Assembly: GCA_963702845.1 (NCBI GenBank)
Contig: OY969763.1
Location: 5,760,001 to 5,824,000 of the forward strand
DNA from: an uncultured Verrucomicrobiae bacterium
Lineage (GTDB): Bacteria > Verrucomicrobiota > Verrucomicrobiia > Limisphaerales > Palsa-1400
Direction: 5' to 3'
Length of the DNA: 64,000 nt
Positions 31,311-41,018 of this stretch are shown piece by piece (the stretch's first letter is position 1; the number at the start of each line of letters is the position of its first letter). Below the pieces are notes generated by a model, which made no database searches, was not told the DNA's origin, and saw only the letters and a program-made list of their open reading frames with translations. Both the position numbers and the translations under genes were made by a program.

Positions 31311-32369
31311 TTAAGCCGGTTCCTGCTGCGTAATACAATGGAAAGAGCCGAGGCCCCAGATCAACTCAGTTGAATCCACGCCAATTACTCGTCGGTCCGG
31401 AAATTCATCCTGCAAGATCTGCAACGCAACCTTGTCGTTTTTGTCTCGGTATGTCGGCACGAGGACGATTTTGTTGGCGATGTAGAAGTTCGCGTAGCTG
31501 GCAGGCAATCGTTGTCCTTCGTACTCGATGGCGCGCGGCATCGGCAACGTTACGACGCGATATTTTTTCAGCATTTGCAGGCGCTGAAGATTTTCCTGCA
31601 GCGGCGCGAAGTTTTCATCCTTCGGATCACCTTCAATAACGGTGACGATAGTTTTTGCGTTCACGAACCTCGTCAGGTCATCAATGTGCCCGTCGGTATC
31701 GTCGCCGACAATGCCATCGCCGAGCCAAATGATTTCGTTCACGCCGAGGTAATCGCAGAGATATTTTTCGATCTGCGCCTGCGTCAGCGATGGATTGCGA
31801 TTCGGGTTCAACAGACACGAAATAGTTGTTAATAACGCACCGCGCCCGTTGACCTCGAGCGATCCGCCTTCCATCACAATACCCGGCGAGAAAAGCGGCA
31901 GTCCGCGCAATTTCGCCACGTGTTGTGGAACGGCGTCGTCCAAATCGAACGGCGGATATTTACCGCCCCACGCGTTGTAACCCCAATCAACAATCGCGCG
32001 CTCATGTACGCCTTTGCCGTCGCGCACAAGAAAGATCGGGCCGTGGTCGCGGCACCACGGTTCATACGCCGGAAAATGATGGAAGCGCACGCGGGCCAAT
32101 GGCGTGTTCTCCTTTTGTAATAACCCGCGCACCCACTCTTCCATTTCAGCATTCCAGACGTTGATGTTCACGTCTTCGACCTGCACGAGGTGCTTGATCA
32201 GCTCAGCGTAAACCGGCGGAACAGTGTCATATTTATCCGGGAAACTGATGCCTTCGGGACGCGGCCATGTCAGCCAGGTCGCGTGATGAGTTTCCCATTC
32301 GGCGGGCATGCGGAAGCCCAACTCGCACGGGAGCGGGCCATTGGAAGGCTCTAAAACTTTGTCAGACAT
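31311..32369 (-). CDS. aguA: Agmatine/peptidylarginine deiminase
   Basis: RMPAEWE, WCRDHGP, EGGS, DDTDGHID, ASYANF, GSFHCITQQEP. Confidence 0.9.
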   Translation of the reverse strand: MSDKVLEPSNGPLPCELGFRMPAEWETHHATWLTWPRPEGISFPDKYDTVPPVYAELIKHLVQVEDVNINVWNAEMEEWVRGLLQKENTPLARVRFHHFPAYEPWCRDHGPIFLVRDGKGVHERAIVDWGYNAWGGKYPPFDLDDAVPQHVAKLRGLPLFSPGIVMEGGSLEVNGRGALLTTISCLLNPNRNPSLTQAQIEKYLCDYLGVNEIIWLGDGIVGDDTDGHIDDLTRFVNAKTIVTVIEGDPKDENFAPLQENLQRLQMLKKYRVVTLPMPRAIEYEGQRLPASYANFYIANKIVLVPTYRDKNDKVALQILQDEFPDRRVIGVDSTELIWGLGSFHCITQQEPA

Positions 32370-32418
32370 CGAAGATTTACGATTTACCATTCACAAAATG
32401 CGCTCCACGATTGCGTAA

Positions 32419-34104
32419 GTGGAAGCGGCTCGTCAATCGTCAATCGTAAGTCAGAAACCGGTTTTGCGCTACGTCATTGCAATCGCCAGCGGATTGATCC
32501 TGACGTGTGCGTTTCCGAAGATGAACGTGCCCGGCCTGGCGTGGGTTGCGCCGGGCCTGCTTTTGTTCTCCGCCCTCGGCACGAGCGGGCGCCGCGCGTT
32601 CTGGCTCGGCTTCTTCGGCGGTTTCGCGCATTTCCTCAGTTCACTGTCATGGTTGTTAAACATTCCGTACACATGGCACGGAATTCCGCTCGGGCCCGGA
32701 TCGGCTTGGCTGGCGTTGAGCGCTTATTGCGCGATGTTTCCAGCAACGTGGGTTTGGCTCTGCTGGAAAGTTTTTGTTGGTAGGAGACGACGCCTGTCCT
32801 CCGTAGCCTCGGCGAAGGAGGATGACGAATCTCTAACTTTCAAAACCTACGTTGCAACCTCATGGACCAAGCGCGCCCTCTGGTGTCTGGCTTGCGCAGT
32901 CACCTGGACTGGCATCGAATTTTTTCGTGGCTGGTTCCTCTCTGGGTTTCCGTGGAATTTTCTCGGCGCATCGCAGTTCAAGATGCTTCCGCTGATCCAA
33001 ATCGCGTCCATCACCGGCGTCTACGGAGTTTCGTTCCTGATCGTGTGGCTGTCTGTCGGGCTGGTTAGCGGTGCGATTACGCTCTTCAATAAACCACAGA
33101 GCAAATTAGCAATTTGGTCAGAAGTGGCTCTGCCGGCTCTGGCCGTTGCAGGAGCGGTGCTTTTCGGTTCGGGAAAAATACGCTCGGATGTCGCCCCGGA
33201 TCGAATGGTTAAACTGGCGCTCATTCAACCAAGCATCCCACAGACCGTCATTTGGGACGCGGCAGGTGACGCCCCGCGTTTCCAGAAAGTCCTCTCACTT
33301 TCCGAAAAAAGCGTCACCTTAAAGCCCGACATCATCATCTGGCCTGAATCGGCTCTGCCGGCGTGGACTTCGGTAACGGCGAACGCAATCGCCGGGCTGG
33401 CGACCAGCAACAACGTATCTATCATTCTATGTGGGGACGATGTCGAGCAGTCGACACCGCCGAAATATTACAACGCCGCGTTTCTGCTCTCGCCCGAGGG
33501 AATGGTTAAAGAAGTCTATCACAAGCGCCGCCTCGTTATCTTCGGCGAATACGTCCCGCTCTCGAACTGGCTGCCGTTTCTAAAATGGCTCACGCCCATC
33601 GAGGGGCAATTTACGTCCGGTATTCGTCCCGTTCAGTTTCATGTCGAGAAGCCCGACCTGAAAACATCCGTGCTGATTTGTTTCGAAGACATGTTCCCAG
33701 CCGAAGCCCGGCAGCACGTCGTGGAAGACACGGATTTTCTTGTGAACCTGACCAACGACGGATGGTTCGGCCACGGCGCGGAGCAATGGCAACAAGCAAT
33801 CGGTGGCGTTTTCCGCGCGGTGGAAAATGGCGTGCCGCTGGTCCGCTGCACCAACGACGGACTGACCTGCTGGATCGATTCCGACGGTCGCATCCGCGAA
33901 ACATTTCGCGACGCACAGTCGACAGTTTACGGTGAAGGTTTTCTGGTCACCGAAATTCCGGTGCATCAAAAGCACGCGCAAACGTTCTACAACCGCTACG
34001 GTGATGTGTTCGGTTGGACTTGCTTCGGCATAACGGCATTGCTCGTTTGCAATTATTCCAGAAGACTGTTTACACCCTGCAACCGATCTTCCATCGCCTC
34101 CTGA
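32419..34104 (+). CDS. lnt: Apolipoprotein N-acyltransferase (start approximate)
   Basis: GFPW, WPES, YHKRRLVIFGEYVP, ICFED, NLTNDGWF, RAVEN. Confidence 0.93.
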   Translation: MEAARQSSIVSQKPVLRYVIAIASGLILTCAFPKMNVPGLAWVAPGLLLFSALGTSGRRAFWLGFFGGFAHFLSSLSWLLNIPYTWHGIPLGPGSAWLALSAYCAMFPATWVWLCWKVFVGRRRRLSSVASAKEDDESLTFKTYVATSWTKRALWCLACAVTWTGIEFFRGWFLSGFPWNFLGASQFKMLPLIQIASITGVYGVSFLIVWLSVGLVSGAITLFNKPQSKLAIWSEVALPALAVAGAVLFGSGKIRSDVAPDRMVKLALIQPSIPQTVIWDAAGDAPRFQKVLSLSEKSVTLKPDIIIWPESALPAWTSVTANAIAGLATSNNVSIILCGDDVEQSTPPKYYNAAFLLSPEGMVKEVYHKRRLVIFGEYVPLSNWLPFLKWLTPIEGQFTSGIRPVQFHVEKPDLKTSVLICFEDMFPAEARQHVVEDTDFLVNLTNDGWFGHGAEQWQQAIGGVFRAVENGVPLVRCTNDGLTCWIDSDGRIRETFRDAQSTVYGEGFLVTEIPVHQKHAQTFYNRYGDVFGWTCFGITALLVCNYSRRLFTPCNRSSIAS

Positions 34105-35060
34105 ATCGGCTTGCAACGACCCCACGCTGCGTCCTGCGTTTCGCCGGGGAACGGTTTCATCGCAATTTTCACCACGGCCGCGACCTCACCGTTTCGATCG
34201 CGCAATGGCAACGTCAGTTCAATCAAGCTCTTGCTCCGTGTGCAGAAACCGTTCGCGCCTTGTAGCGTTTTGATTTCGTAGTCGCCACCCTCTTGGTTGA
34301 TGTCTTTCGGATTAGTCGCTGCAATCACGCGAGGCTTGTTCGAAGGTTGGGGCGCATAAACTTTAATGCCCACCAACTTCTTGTTCGGAAACTTCTCCAT
34401 CGTCTCTTTCACCAGCGCTTGGGCGAATGGCAAATGTGGCGTGTATTCGATGTGCAAATCAGAAAAGAGCACCTGCGAATCTGACTTTGTCCAAAGCCCG
34501 ATTTGCCCTTTAATAAATGCCGTATCCGTGATCGCCGGAAGAAGGCTTTTGCCATCCAGAAATGAATTAATCTTGTTACCTTCGCATTGAATACTCAATC
34601 CATGCCACTCATCGCGGGTCACTTTTACGTTGTTGCCGAATAGTTTTCCGCGGAGTCCGCCTACGAAGGATACAAACTTTGCGTTATTCCCTAACGCACT
34701 GACACTTATGCAATAATAACTGCGCTCATCTTTGGCGCGGAAGACAATTCCTGCCCTTTGGTCCTTTTCCCCGCCGACAATCTTGAAATGCATGGTCACC
34801 GTGAAGTCCGAAAAAATTTCCCCGCCATATAACAACACTGGAAAGTGTTCGTCGGTCGTTACCAGATCCATTTGCGTCAACGCGCGTTTGCCTTCGTGCT
34901 CGATGACGCGCCAAGTCCCCGGTGCGCCATTGCCTGTGATGGCACTGACGAAATTACTCGGGGTGCTTCCAGCCGGAAGCTGAGTGAAATCAAAATGCTG
35001 TTCCGCTGCAAACGCCGTTGCAGCCGTCGCCAAAAACAGCGGGAGGATAACTTTTAACAT
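34053..35060 (-). CDS. Secreted protein with a DUF1080-like beta-sandwich and a C-terminal PDC/Cache-like domain
   Basis: Signal peptide; AGIVFR..YY, WHGLSI, GQIGLWTKSD; tail IELTLPLRDRNGEVAAVV. Confidence 0.6.
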   Translation of the reverse strand: MLKVILPLFLATAATAFAAEQHFDFTQLPAGSTPSNFVSAITGNGAPGTWRVIEHEGKRALTQMDLVTTDEHFPVLLYGGEIFSDFTVTMHFKIVGGEKDQRAGIVFRAKDERSYYCISVSALGNNAKFVSFVGGLRGKLFGNNVKVTRDEWHGLSIQCEGNKINSFLDGKSLLPAITDTAFIKGQIGLWTKSDSQVLFSDLHIEYTPHLPFAQALVKETMEKFPNKKLVGIKVYAPQPSNKPRVIAATNPKDINQEGGDYEIKTLQGANGFCTRSKSLIELTLPLRDRNGEVAAVVKIAMKPFPGETQDAAWGRCKPIQEAMEDRLQGVNSLLE

Positions 35061-35162
35061 TGCGCGGCAACCGTATCAGAAACGCGGAGGCGGGCAAGTG
35101 TTGTCGTGCGACCGACTCACAGGTGCGTTTGATTTTCTTCTTAGTCCCCGTGGGAGCTTAAC

Positions 35163-35194
35163 AAAAAACCCATCCAGCTCGCGCTGGATGGGTT
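35163..35194 (-). terminator. Intrinsic terminator of the RRM gene
   Basis: 12-bp stem AACCCATCCAGC/GCTGGATGGGTT with a U tract on the minus strand. Confidence 0.9.
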
Positions 35195-35220
35195 GTTAAA
35201 TTTGAAACCAGGAGGTTTCG

Positions 35221-35613
35221 TTAGCCGCGGTATCCGCCGCCGCCGCCGCGACGTTCTCCGCCGCGGTCACCGCCACCACCACGATAGCCACCGCCGCCGC
35301 CGCCGCCGCCACCCCCACGATATCCACCACCACCACCGCCCCCGCCGCCGCCTGGGGGACGATCTTCACGGGGACGAGCTTCATTGACCGTCAGAGCACG
35401 GCCTTGGAAGTCCTTGGAGTGAAACATTTGGATGGCCTTTTGGGCATCTTCTTGAGACGCCATTTCGACGAATGCAAAACCGCGGGAGCGGCCAGTCATG
35501 CGATCTTGCATTATGTTAACAGACACCACGACGCCGGCTTGCGCGAAATGATCTTGCAGGTCGTTTTCGGTCGCGGTGAAGGTGAGGTTTCCTACGAATA
35601 GTTTAGCTGACAT
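35221..35613 (-). CDS. RRM RNA-binding protein with a Gly/Arg/Tyr-rich tail
   Basis: RNP2 LFVGNL, RNP1 RGFAFVEM, VNEARPRE, (G)nYR repeats. Confidence 0.95.
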   Translation of the reverse strand: MSAKLFVGNLTFTATENDLQDHFAQAGVVVSVNIMQDRMTGRSRGFAFVEMASQEDAQKAIQMFHSKDFQGRALTVNEARPREDRPPGGGGGGGGGGYRGGGGGGGGGGYRGGGGDRGGERRGGGGGYRG

Positions 35614-35625
35614 ATACTTCTAACT

Positions 35626-35742
35626 TTAACCCTGGTGTTTAATCTCTCGTCGGCCACATGGCGCTATGAGCCCACGCGAACGAACCGACGTTTCCGTGCC
35701 AGGAATTAACGAACTCTATTGACAATCACACAATGTATGCAA
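35626..35742 (-). promoter_or_regulatory. Putative sigma70 promoter and structured 5' leader of the RRM gene
   Basis: TTGCAT-N18-TAGAGT on the minus strand, followed by nested complementary segments (see findings). Confidence 0.45.
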
Positions 35743-35777
35743 CGAAAAAGGTTTGGAAATTTCATCCCCTAAAATTG

Positions 35778-36452
35778 CTACATCACCATAGGAGAAACCA
35801 TTACGACGAACTCGCCCTTAATCGAGCGCTGTTGAAGTTGAGTGAGCAGATCGCGCGGTTTGCCCCGGAGAAACTCTTCGAATTTCTTGGTGATCTCGCG
35901 TGCGAGTACTACCTGGTGATTGGGAAATATATCGGCTAGTTCCTCGAGCATTTTGATAACGCGATAGGGCGATTCGTAGAACACCAGTGTGCCCGGAACA
36001 CTTTTTAATTTTTCGAGCAGGTTTCGGCGTTGGCCGGATTTGTGCGGAAGGAAACCGACGAAATGGAATTCGTCGCAAGGCAGTCCACTGGCGGTCAAGC
36101 CAGCGACGAGAGCGCATGGGCCGGGAATTGGTTCCACTTTGAAACCGGCCGCGATGGCTGCTTTAACGACACGTTCGCCGGGGTCGCTGATGCCGGGTGT
36201 GCCGGCGTCAGTGACGAGCGCCACTTTTTCGCCGCGTTGGAGACGTTGCAGGATTTCCTCGCTGCGCTTTGCTTCGTTGAATTGGAAATAGCTGAGCAGA
36301 GGTTTGGAGATTTCGAAATGCTTGAGCAATTGACCGGTGCGACGGGTGTCTTCGGCCGCAACAATATCGCATTCTTTCAACACGCGAATGGCGCGCAAAG
36401 TCATGTCTTCGAGATTGCCGATCGGTGTCGCGACCAAATAAAGGATGCTCAT
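35778..36452 (-). CDS. rsmI: 16S rRNA (cytidine1402-2'-O)-methyltransferase
   Basis: LYLVATPIGNLED, AEDTR, DAGTPGISDPG, FYESPYR, AREITKKFEE, KGEFV. Confidence 0.96.
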   Translation of the reverse strand: MSILYLVATPIGNLEDMTLRAIRVLKECDIVAAEDTRRTGQLLKHFEISKPLLSYFQFNEAKRSEEILQRLQRGEKVALVTDAGTPGISDPGERVVKAAIAAGFKVEPIPGPCALVAGLTASGLPCDEFHFVGFLPHKSGQRRNLLEKLKSVPGTLVFYESPYRVIKMLEELADIFPNHQVVLAREITKKFEEFLRGKPRDLLTQLQQRSIKGEFVVMVSPMVM

Positions 36453-36454
36453 AA

Positions 36455-38041
36455 TTAATCGCCCCACATGGGGCGGTCAGGCTCGACGTGGTTGACTTCG
36501 TAGCCTTTGAAGTACGTTAGCAAAGGTTTCAAATACTCCGCATCGCCGTCGGGCGCAAACACGACCTGCGCACGGTCGATGTTGGCGCGATTGTAAATCC
36601 ACTCAGTTTTTGGGTTGTGCTTTGGCGCGTATTGCACGAGCACTAGTTGTTTGTGCGGGGATTGTTTCAGCGTCGCAAGCATATCTGCGCGCTTGTATTG
36701 CCATTGCGTTTTTTGATCTTTCCACAAACGCGCGGTGAACATCGTCAAGCCGAGTAGGCATAAACCGATCAGTAGAAGTCGCGCCAATAAGCGAGTGCGG
36801 TCATGAGCGTGCAGTGTTCGAAAACCATAGAGCACCAGCGCGATGAACAACGGCAGGATGGGTGCGGAGTAATGTGGTTGTGCCCAAAAGGAGCTGCCGA
36901 GTGTGAGCCCAATTAGTGTGACGAACACGCACAAACAAATGCGGACTTGCGGTCTGCGCCAGAGGAAGAACGCCGGAATGATCAACAATGCAATAATCCC
37001 GTGTAAAAAATAGCGGTCGTATAATTTCAGTTTCGGCCAAAGCCCACGAACGAATCCGGAGAACGATCGTTGCATGTTGGCGTCGCGCTTTTCGTCGTCG
37101 TAGAAGCGATTGATTTCGAGGCGATGATTGCGGTCGTTTTTTGGATCGGCTTGCCAAATGAAGAGGGCGTTGCGGCTATACGTTTTTTCGTAGACTGCGT
37201 AAGGAGGTTGGAGCGGGTTGCCGGTGACGCGGAAATTGTAATAGGCATCGAATGTCAGAAACGGGAACACTCCTATAACTAAGGGAACAACGAAACGGCC
37301 AATGACATTCGATGGGCGCGTTTTCCAGAATGACCAAAGGCAAACGGCCGCAACCAGCGCGCACAACGCGGCTCCTTCGAACGGTCTTGTGATTGCCAAA
37401 ATGCCGGCGCCAATGCCAATCGCAGCGCTCGTCCACGGGCACGGTTTCGTCAACGTTCGAAACATTCCGCCGAGCACGAGCGCGCCGCCGAGCATCGGAA
37501 CGCAGCCGCCCCAGAAACTCCAATTCCACCACAGTACCTGAGCGTTGAAGAACGCAAGCGCCGCACCGGCGAGCGCCCAATTCGGTTTGAACAACGCGCG
37601 CAACATCCAGAAGAGTGCGGCGATGGCGAGCGCAGTTGAAATCCAAACGCCCAAAATTGGTTTCCATACGATTTGTCCAAACGCGAGAAACAGGCCTTGG
37701 CCCGGCTGGTATTTGGAGGCGTAGGTCGGTTGTTGCAAAACGTGGAACGTTTCGAAATAGCGCCAGAGTGGATGGGTGGGATTGGTCAGTCGGCCCTGCG
37801 CGAACGTGTCACCTTGCAGGAGGTAGCTGAACTCGTCGTGAATGCGAGGTTGAGGCAGACGATAGAATAGCGTCAGCGCGATGCTGAAGGCGAAGACTCC
37901 AAACGCAAGCCACATCATGGCCCAACGTCCGTTCGCAAATTGAGTGAGCCGCACTTCGATTCGATGAAAAAAGCGCCGGCCAAAATTCGGGCGGATCAGG
38001 GCAGAAATGCAGATGGCCGCAAGTATCAGGAACGCTTTCAT
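36455..38041 (-). CDS. Polytopic membrane protein, probably a GT-C-fold glycosyltransferase
   Basis: First loop PRIHDEFSYL; many transmembrane helices; TRPFE; YNFRVTGNP. Confidence 0.6.
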   Translation of the reverse strand: MKAFLILAAICISALIRPNFGRRFFHRIEVRLTQFANGRWAMMWLAFGVFAFSIALTLFYRLPQPRIHDEFSYLLQGDTFAQGRLTNPTHPLWRYFETFHVLQQPTYASKYQPGQGLFLAFGQIVWKPILGVWISTALAIAALFWMLRALFKPNWALAGAALAFFNAQVLWWNWSFWGGCVPMLGGALVLGGMFRTLTKPCPWTSAAIGIGAGILAITRPFEGAALCALVAAVCLWSFWKTRPSNVIGRFVVPLVIGVFPFLTFDAYYNFRVTGNPLQPPYAVYEKTYSRNALFIWQADPKNDRNHRLEINRFYDDEKRDANMQRSFSGFVRGLWPKLKLYDRYFLHGIIALLIIPAFFLWRRPQVRICLCVFVTLIGLTLGSSFWAQPHYSAPILPLFIALVLYGFRTLHAHDRTRLLARLLLIGLCLLGLTMFTARLWKDQKTQWQYKRADMLATLKQSPHKQLVLVQYAPKHNPKTEWIYNRANIDRAQVVFAPDGDAEYLKPLLTYFKGYEVNHVEPDRPMWGD

Positions 38042-38104
38042 TAACGCGAGTTACCAGTAAACAGCAAACAGTAGTGAGTGAACAGTTCGAACCAATGAGA
38101 CTTG

Positions 38105-38956
38105 TTACTGCTTACTTGCTTCAACCACTCGTTCCAAAATCACATCGGTAATGTGCGGTTCGGTGCCGACGCTGCGCGTATACCAGACGAGTTTTCCTTT
38201 CTTCTCCGACGGATTGCGCCACGTTGGCTGCCCGCTTTTGAGCCGCTCCTGCACAATGCGTTTAGGTTCGCCGAGCATTTCGGGAATGTCCTCAACTGTG
38301 TGCATGCCGTCGCTGATAAAAAAAGGAACCACGATGATGTTCTTTTTTACCGCTAATGTGTAGCAGTCGACGATGCGCGGTTCTTCTTCTATGAAAATCG
38401 GGTGAACGTCATTGTATATATTCATCGCGGCGATCAATTCAACCTGATGCTCAATTGCTTTCCGCGAGTTATCGTTCGCGGTGGTTCCGTGACCGGCGAT
38501 GAACAGAGACGTGTCTTTTGGTTTGGGCGCACGCGGGAAAGGAAACTGCTCCACGATTTCCCTAGCTCGCCCAAGCAGGGCATTGGTCATGCTTTCATGC
38601 GTGCCGATGGGGTGACAGTAATATAAGGTTTGTGCGCCGCGTTTTTGGATGCGGTTGAAATCAGGTTCTCCTTTTTGGCGAAGACCGAGTTTTTCGGGAA
38701 TGGCCTCTTCGCTGAAGTAGCCTTCACTGATGAGAAGCGGAACGACAAATATTCGCGAGTTGGAAATCCCACTTACGACCACATCGACCAACGGTTGTTC
38801 TTTCCAAAATGCTGGCAGGACTTGTGCGAATATTTTGCGCCGACGTAACTTCTCGACGTGCTGACGCACGGGCGCGGCCGATTCGATGTTCACAGTGGAA
38901 CCGTGACCAACAATCACGAGCGAAGCATCTAAAAACAGTTCAGGCACGACGGTCAC
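38105..38956 (-). CDS. CbiX/SirB-family tetrapyrrole chelatase with two lobes
   Basis: VGHGS..VVPLLISEGYF and AGHGT..VVPFFISDGMH. Confidence 0.82.
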   Translation of the reverse strand: MTVVPELFLDASLVIVGHGSTVNIESAAPVRQHVEKLRRRKIFAQVLPAFWKEQPLVDVVVSGISNSRIFVVPLLISEGYFSEEAIPEKLGLRQKGEPDFNRIQKRGAQTLYYCHPIGTHESMTNALLGRAREIVEQFPFPRAPKPKDTSLFIAGHGTTANDNSRKAIEHQVELIAAMNIYNDVHPIFIEEEPRIVDCYTLAVKKNIIVVPFFISDGMHTVEDIPEMLGEPKRIVQERLKSGQPTWRNPSEKKGKLVWYTRSVGTEPHITDVILERVVEASKQ

Positions 38957-39135
38957 AATTAAGATGTAAGAGCGCGGAATTAAGAAGTCAAAACGCCTCG
39001 GCGCTGGGTGATTAAAACACGATTTTAATCACACCTTTGATGCGGGCCTATTCTCTCGACTGCGTGATTAACGCTGCTGGGCTAATAACAAATGTACGCA
39101 GAGCGTGCGATTTGGTTTGGGCCTTTTGGATCGCG

Positions 39136-39528
39136 CTAGGCGCTGAAGCTTTCGCCGCAGGAACACGTGCTGGCAGCATTCGGATTTTTGACTTTGAAAC
39201 CGCCGTCCTGCAGTGCGTCGACGTAGTCCAACTCGCTGCCGGTGACGTAAAGCGCGCTCTTGGGATCCACCACCACTTTGATACCGCCGCTCTCGACCAG
39301 AATGTCGCGATTGGCCGGTTGATCCTGGAGGTCCATTTTATATTGCAACCCCGAACAACCTCCGCCGATAACTGCGACCCGCAGCACGCCGCCCGGACGT
39401 CCTTGTCGTTGCAACAATGATCCAACTTTTTTGGCTGCGCTGTCGCTCACCTTGATCAAGCGTTCGTCACCGACGCGAAAAGTCGGTTGAGCGCTTTTGG
39501 TGGAACTGTTCGGAACAGGCGCAATCAT
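39136..39528 (-). CDS. A-type Fe-S cluster carrier (IscA/ErpA/HesB family)
   Basis: GGGCSGLQY, NPNAASTCSCGESF. Confidence 0.95.
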   Translation of the reverse strand: MIAPVPNSSTKSAQPTFRVGDERLIKVSDSAAKKVGSLLQRQGRPGGVLRVAVIGGGCSGLQYKMDLQDQPANRDILVESGGIKVVVDPKSALYVTGSELDYVDALQDGGFKVKNPNAASTCSCGESFSA

Positions 39529-39581
39529 TACGCTTAAAGTATCGTTTGGGAGAGCTTAACGTCAATGCTGACAGGTGCTGC

Positions 39582-41018
39582 CTATGCCGGTTGCACTTCG
39601 ACTTCGGTGTGCGTTTCCGGCGCGAGCGCTGGTTGGGAACTGTGGCGCAGTCGTTGCGCTTTCGCCTGGCGGCGCCACGTCTCGATGCGAGCGGTAAGCG
39701 CAAGCACTAACAGCCACAGCATGAGATTTCGTGGTTGGACAAGAACTCGTTCTAGAATGCTTTGTAGATAGTTGCACGAACAACCGACGCCGATACCAAT
39801 GCTGACGACACCGAGAAAATGGTTCCTGAAGAAAATTGCCGCACGGGCATTCAGGAACAGGAAGTAGATGATGAGAATCAGATAACTGATGTAACCTGGA
39901 TAACCCGTCTCGGATAGCAGGAGATAGTAATGGCTCTCGACGATTCCCTTCGATGTGTCCACTTCTTTGAACTCATTGTGGTCTTTGAAATATTGATCAA
40001 TCAGGCTGCCGTAGGGATAAGGCGGGTTGATGAGCACGCCGAAATTATTCCAGCCACCGCCGAGAGGATAATCGCGCAGCATTTCGCGCGACGCGATGTT
40101 GAGCATGCGGCGCGTTTCAGAGCTGTCGGCATTGTAGGTGTCGTTGAAACGATTGATGATTGTTTGCAACGATGCGGCGATACCGACGCAGACAACGGCG
40201 GCCAAGCTCACAACGACCAACAGCCGGCGAATTGTAATTTTGTCCGCCAATCCGATCCCCATCACAACAACCGTCCCGATCGCAAAAGCAACCAATCCAC
40301 CGCGTGACAAAGTGCATTCGACAATCCATGCCGCTGCGCAAAATCCCACTAAATACAGTGTGGAACGTTTTTGTTTTGGCCCCGCCGCGGCGCTCAGCAG
40401 AACGACGCCGATCAGGATAGAATACATCGACAAGGGGTTTTGGTGCTCGAATGTGCCGATGACCTGGTAGAGGTGATCGGCATATTTCAACTTCAGGCAG
40501 ACGATCAGTTCCCAAAACAGGATGAAACAAAACGTTGTGAGGAACCAGCGAACGCGTTCGGTGTTTTGCAAATAATTGTATGCCGCGACAAAGATCACGA
40601 TGACTTCGGCTGCTTTTACCGCGGCCATGCAGACGTATTCCGGATGCGGTGCGTTGATGATTGATACAAAACTCAAGCAAATGTAGACGACGTATAGAAT
40701 CAGGCCGGGCGGCAGCAAACGAAACCGTCGTGGCGATTCGAGAAAATTCGCAACGATCAACGCGCCTGCGAGTGCCTCGTTGAAATAGAAGTGATAGCCA
40801 CGCGCAGTGCCGCGATAGAACGGATGAAAATCGATCGTCAGACCCCATTCTGATGGTCCGAAAAAACCCGAGATCGTCATGAAACACATGACGAAAAACA
40901 CCCAGTCCTGAATTTTCGTTCGTCCTCTGATCAGCACGCCGAACAACGGCGCAAAAATAAAGTAAGCGAAGAACAGGACACAAAGCTTGATTAGGTCAAC
41001 AGTATCCAAACCGCTCAA
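39582..41018 (-). CDS. O-antigen ligase/Wzy-like membrane protein
   Basis: GTFEHQN, TLSRGG, PLGGGWNNF, YLLLSETG; about 10-12 transmembrane helices. Confidence 0.82.
   Translation of the reverse strand: MSGLDTVDLIKLCVLFFAYFIFAPLFGVLIRGRTKIQDWVFFVMCFMTISGFFGPSEWGLTIDFHPFYRGTARGYHFYFNEALAGALIVANFLESPRRFRLLPPGLILYVVYICLSFVSIINAPHPEYVCMAAVKAAEVIVIFVAAYNYLQNTERVRWFLTTFCFILFWELIVCLKLKYADHLYQVIGTFEHQNPLSMYSILIGVVLLSAAAGPKQKRSTLYLVGFCAAAWIVECTLSRGGLVAFAIGTVVVMGIGLADKITIRRLLVVVSLAAVVCVGIAASLQTIINRFNDTYNADSSETRRMLNIASREMLRDYPLGGGWNNFGVLINPPYPYGSLIDQYFKDHNEFKEVDTSKGIVESHYYLLLSETGYPGYISYLILIIYFLFLNARAAIFFRNHFLGVVSIGIGVGCSCNYLQSILERVLVQPRNLMLWLLVLALTARIETWRRQAKAQRLRHSSQPALAPETHTEVEVQPA

Noticed and set aside
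35225..35352. GCC/CCA triplet repeats as a DNA repeat element
   Set aside because: They simply encode the glycine-rich tail of the RRM protein.
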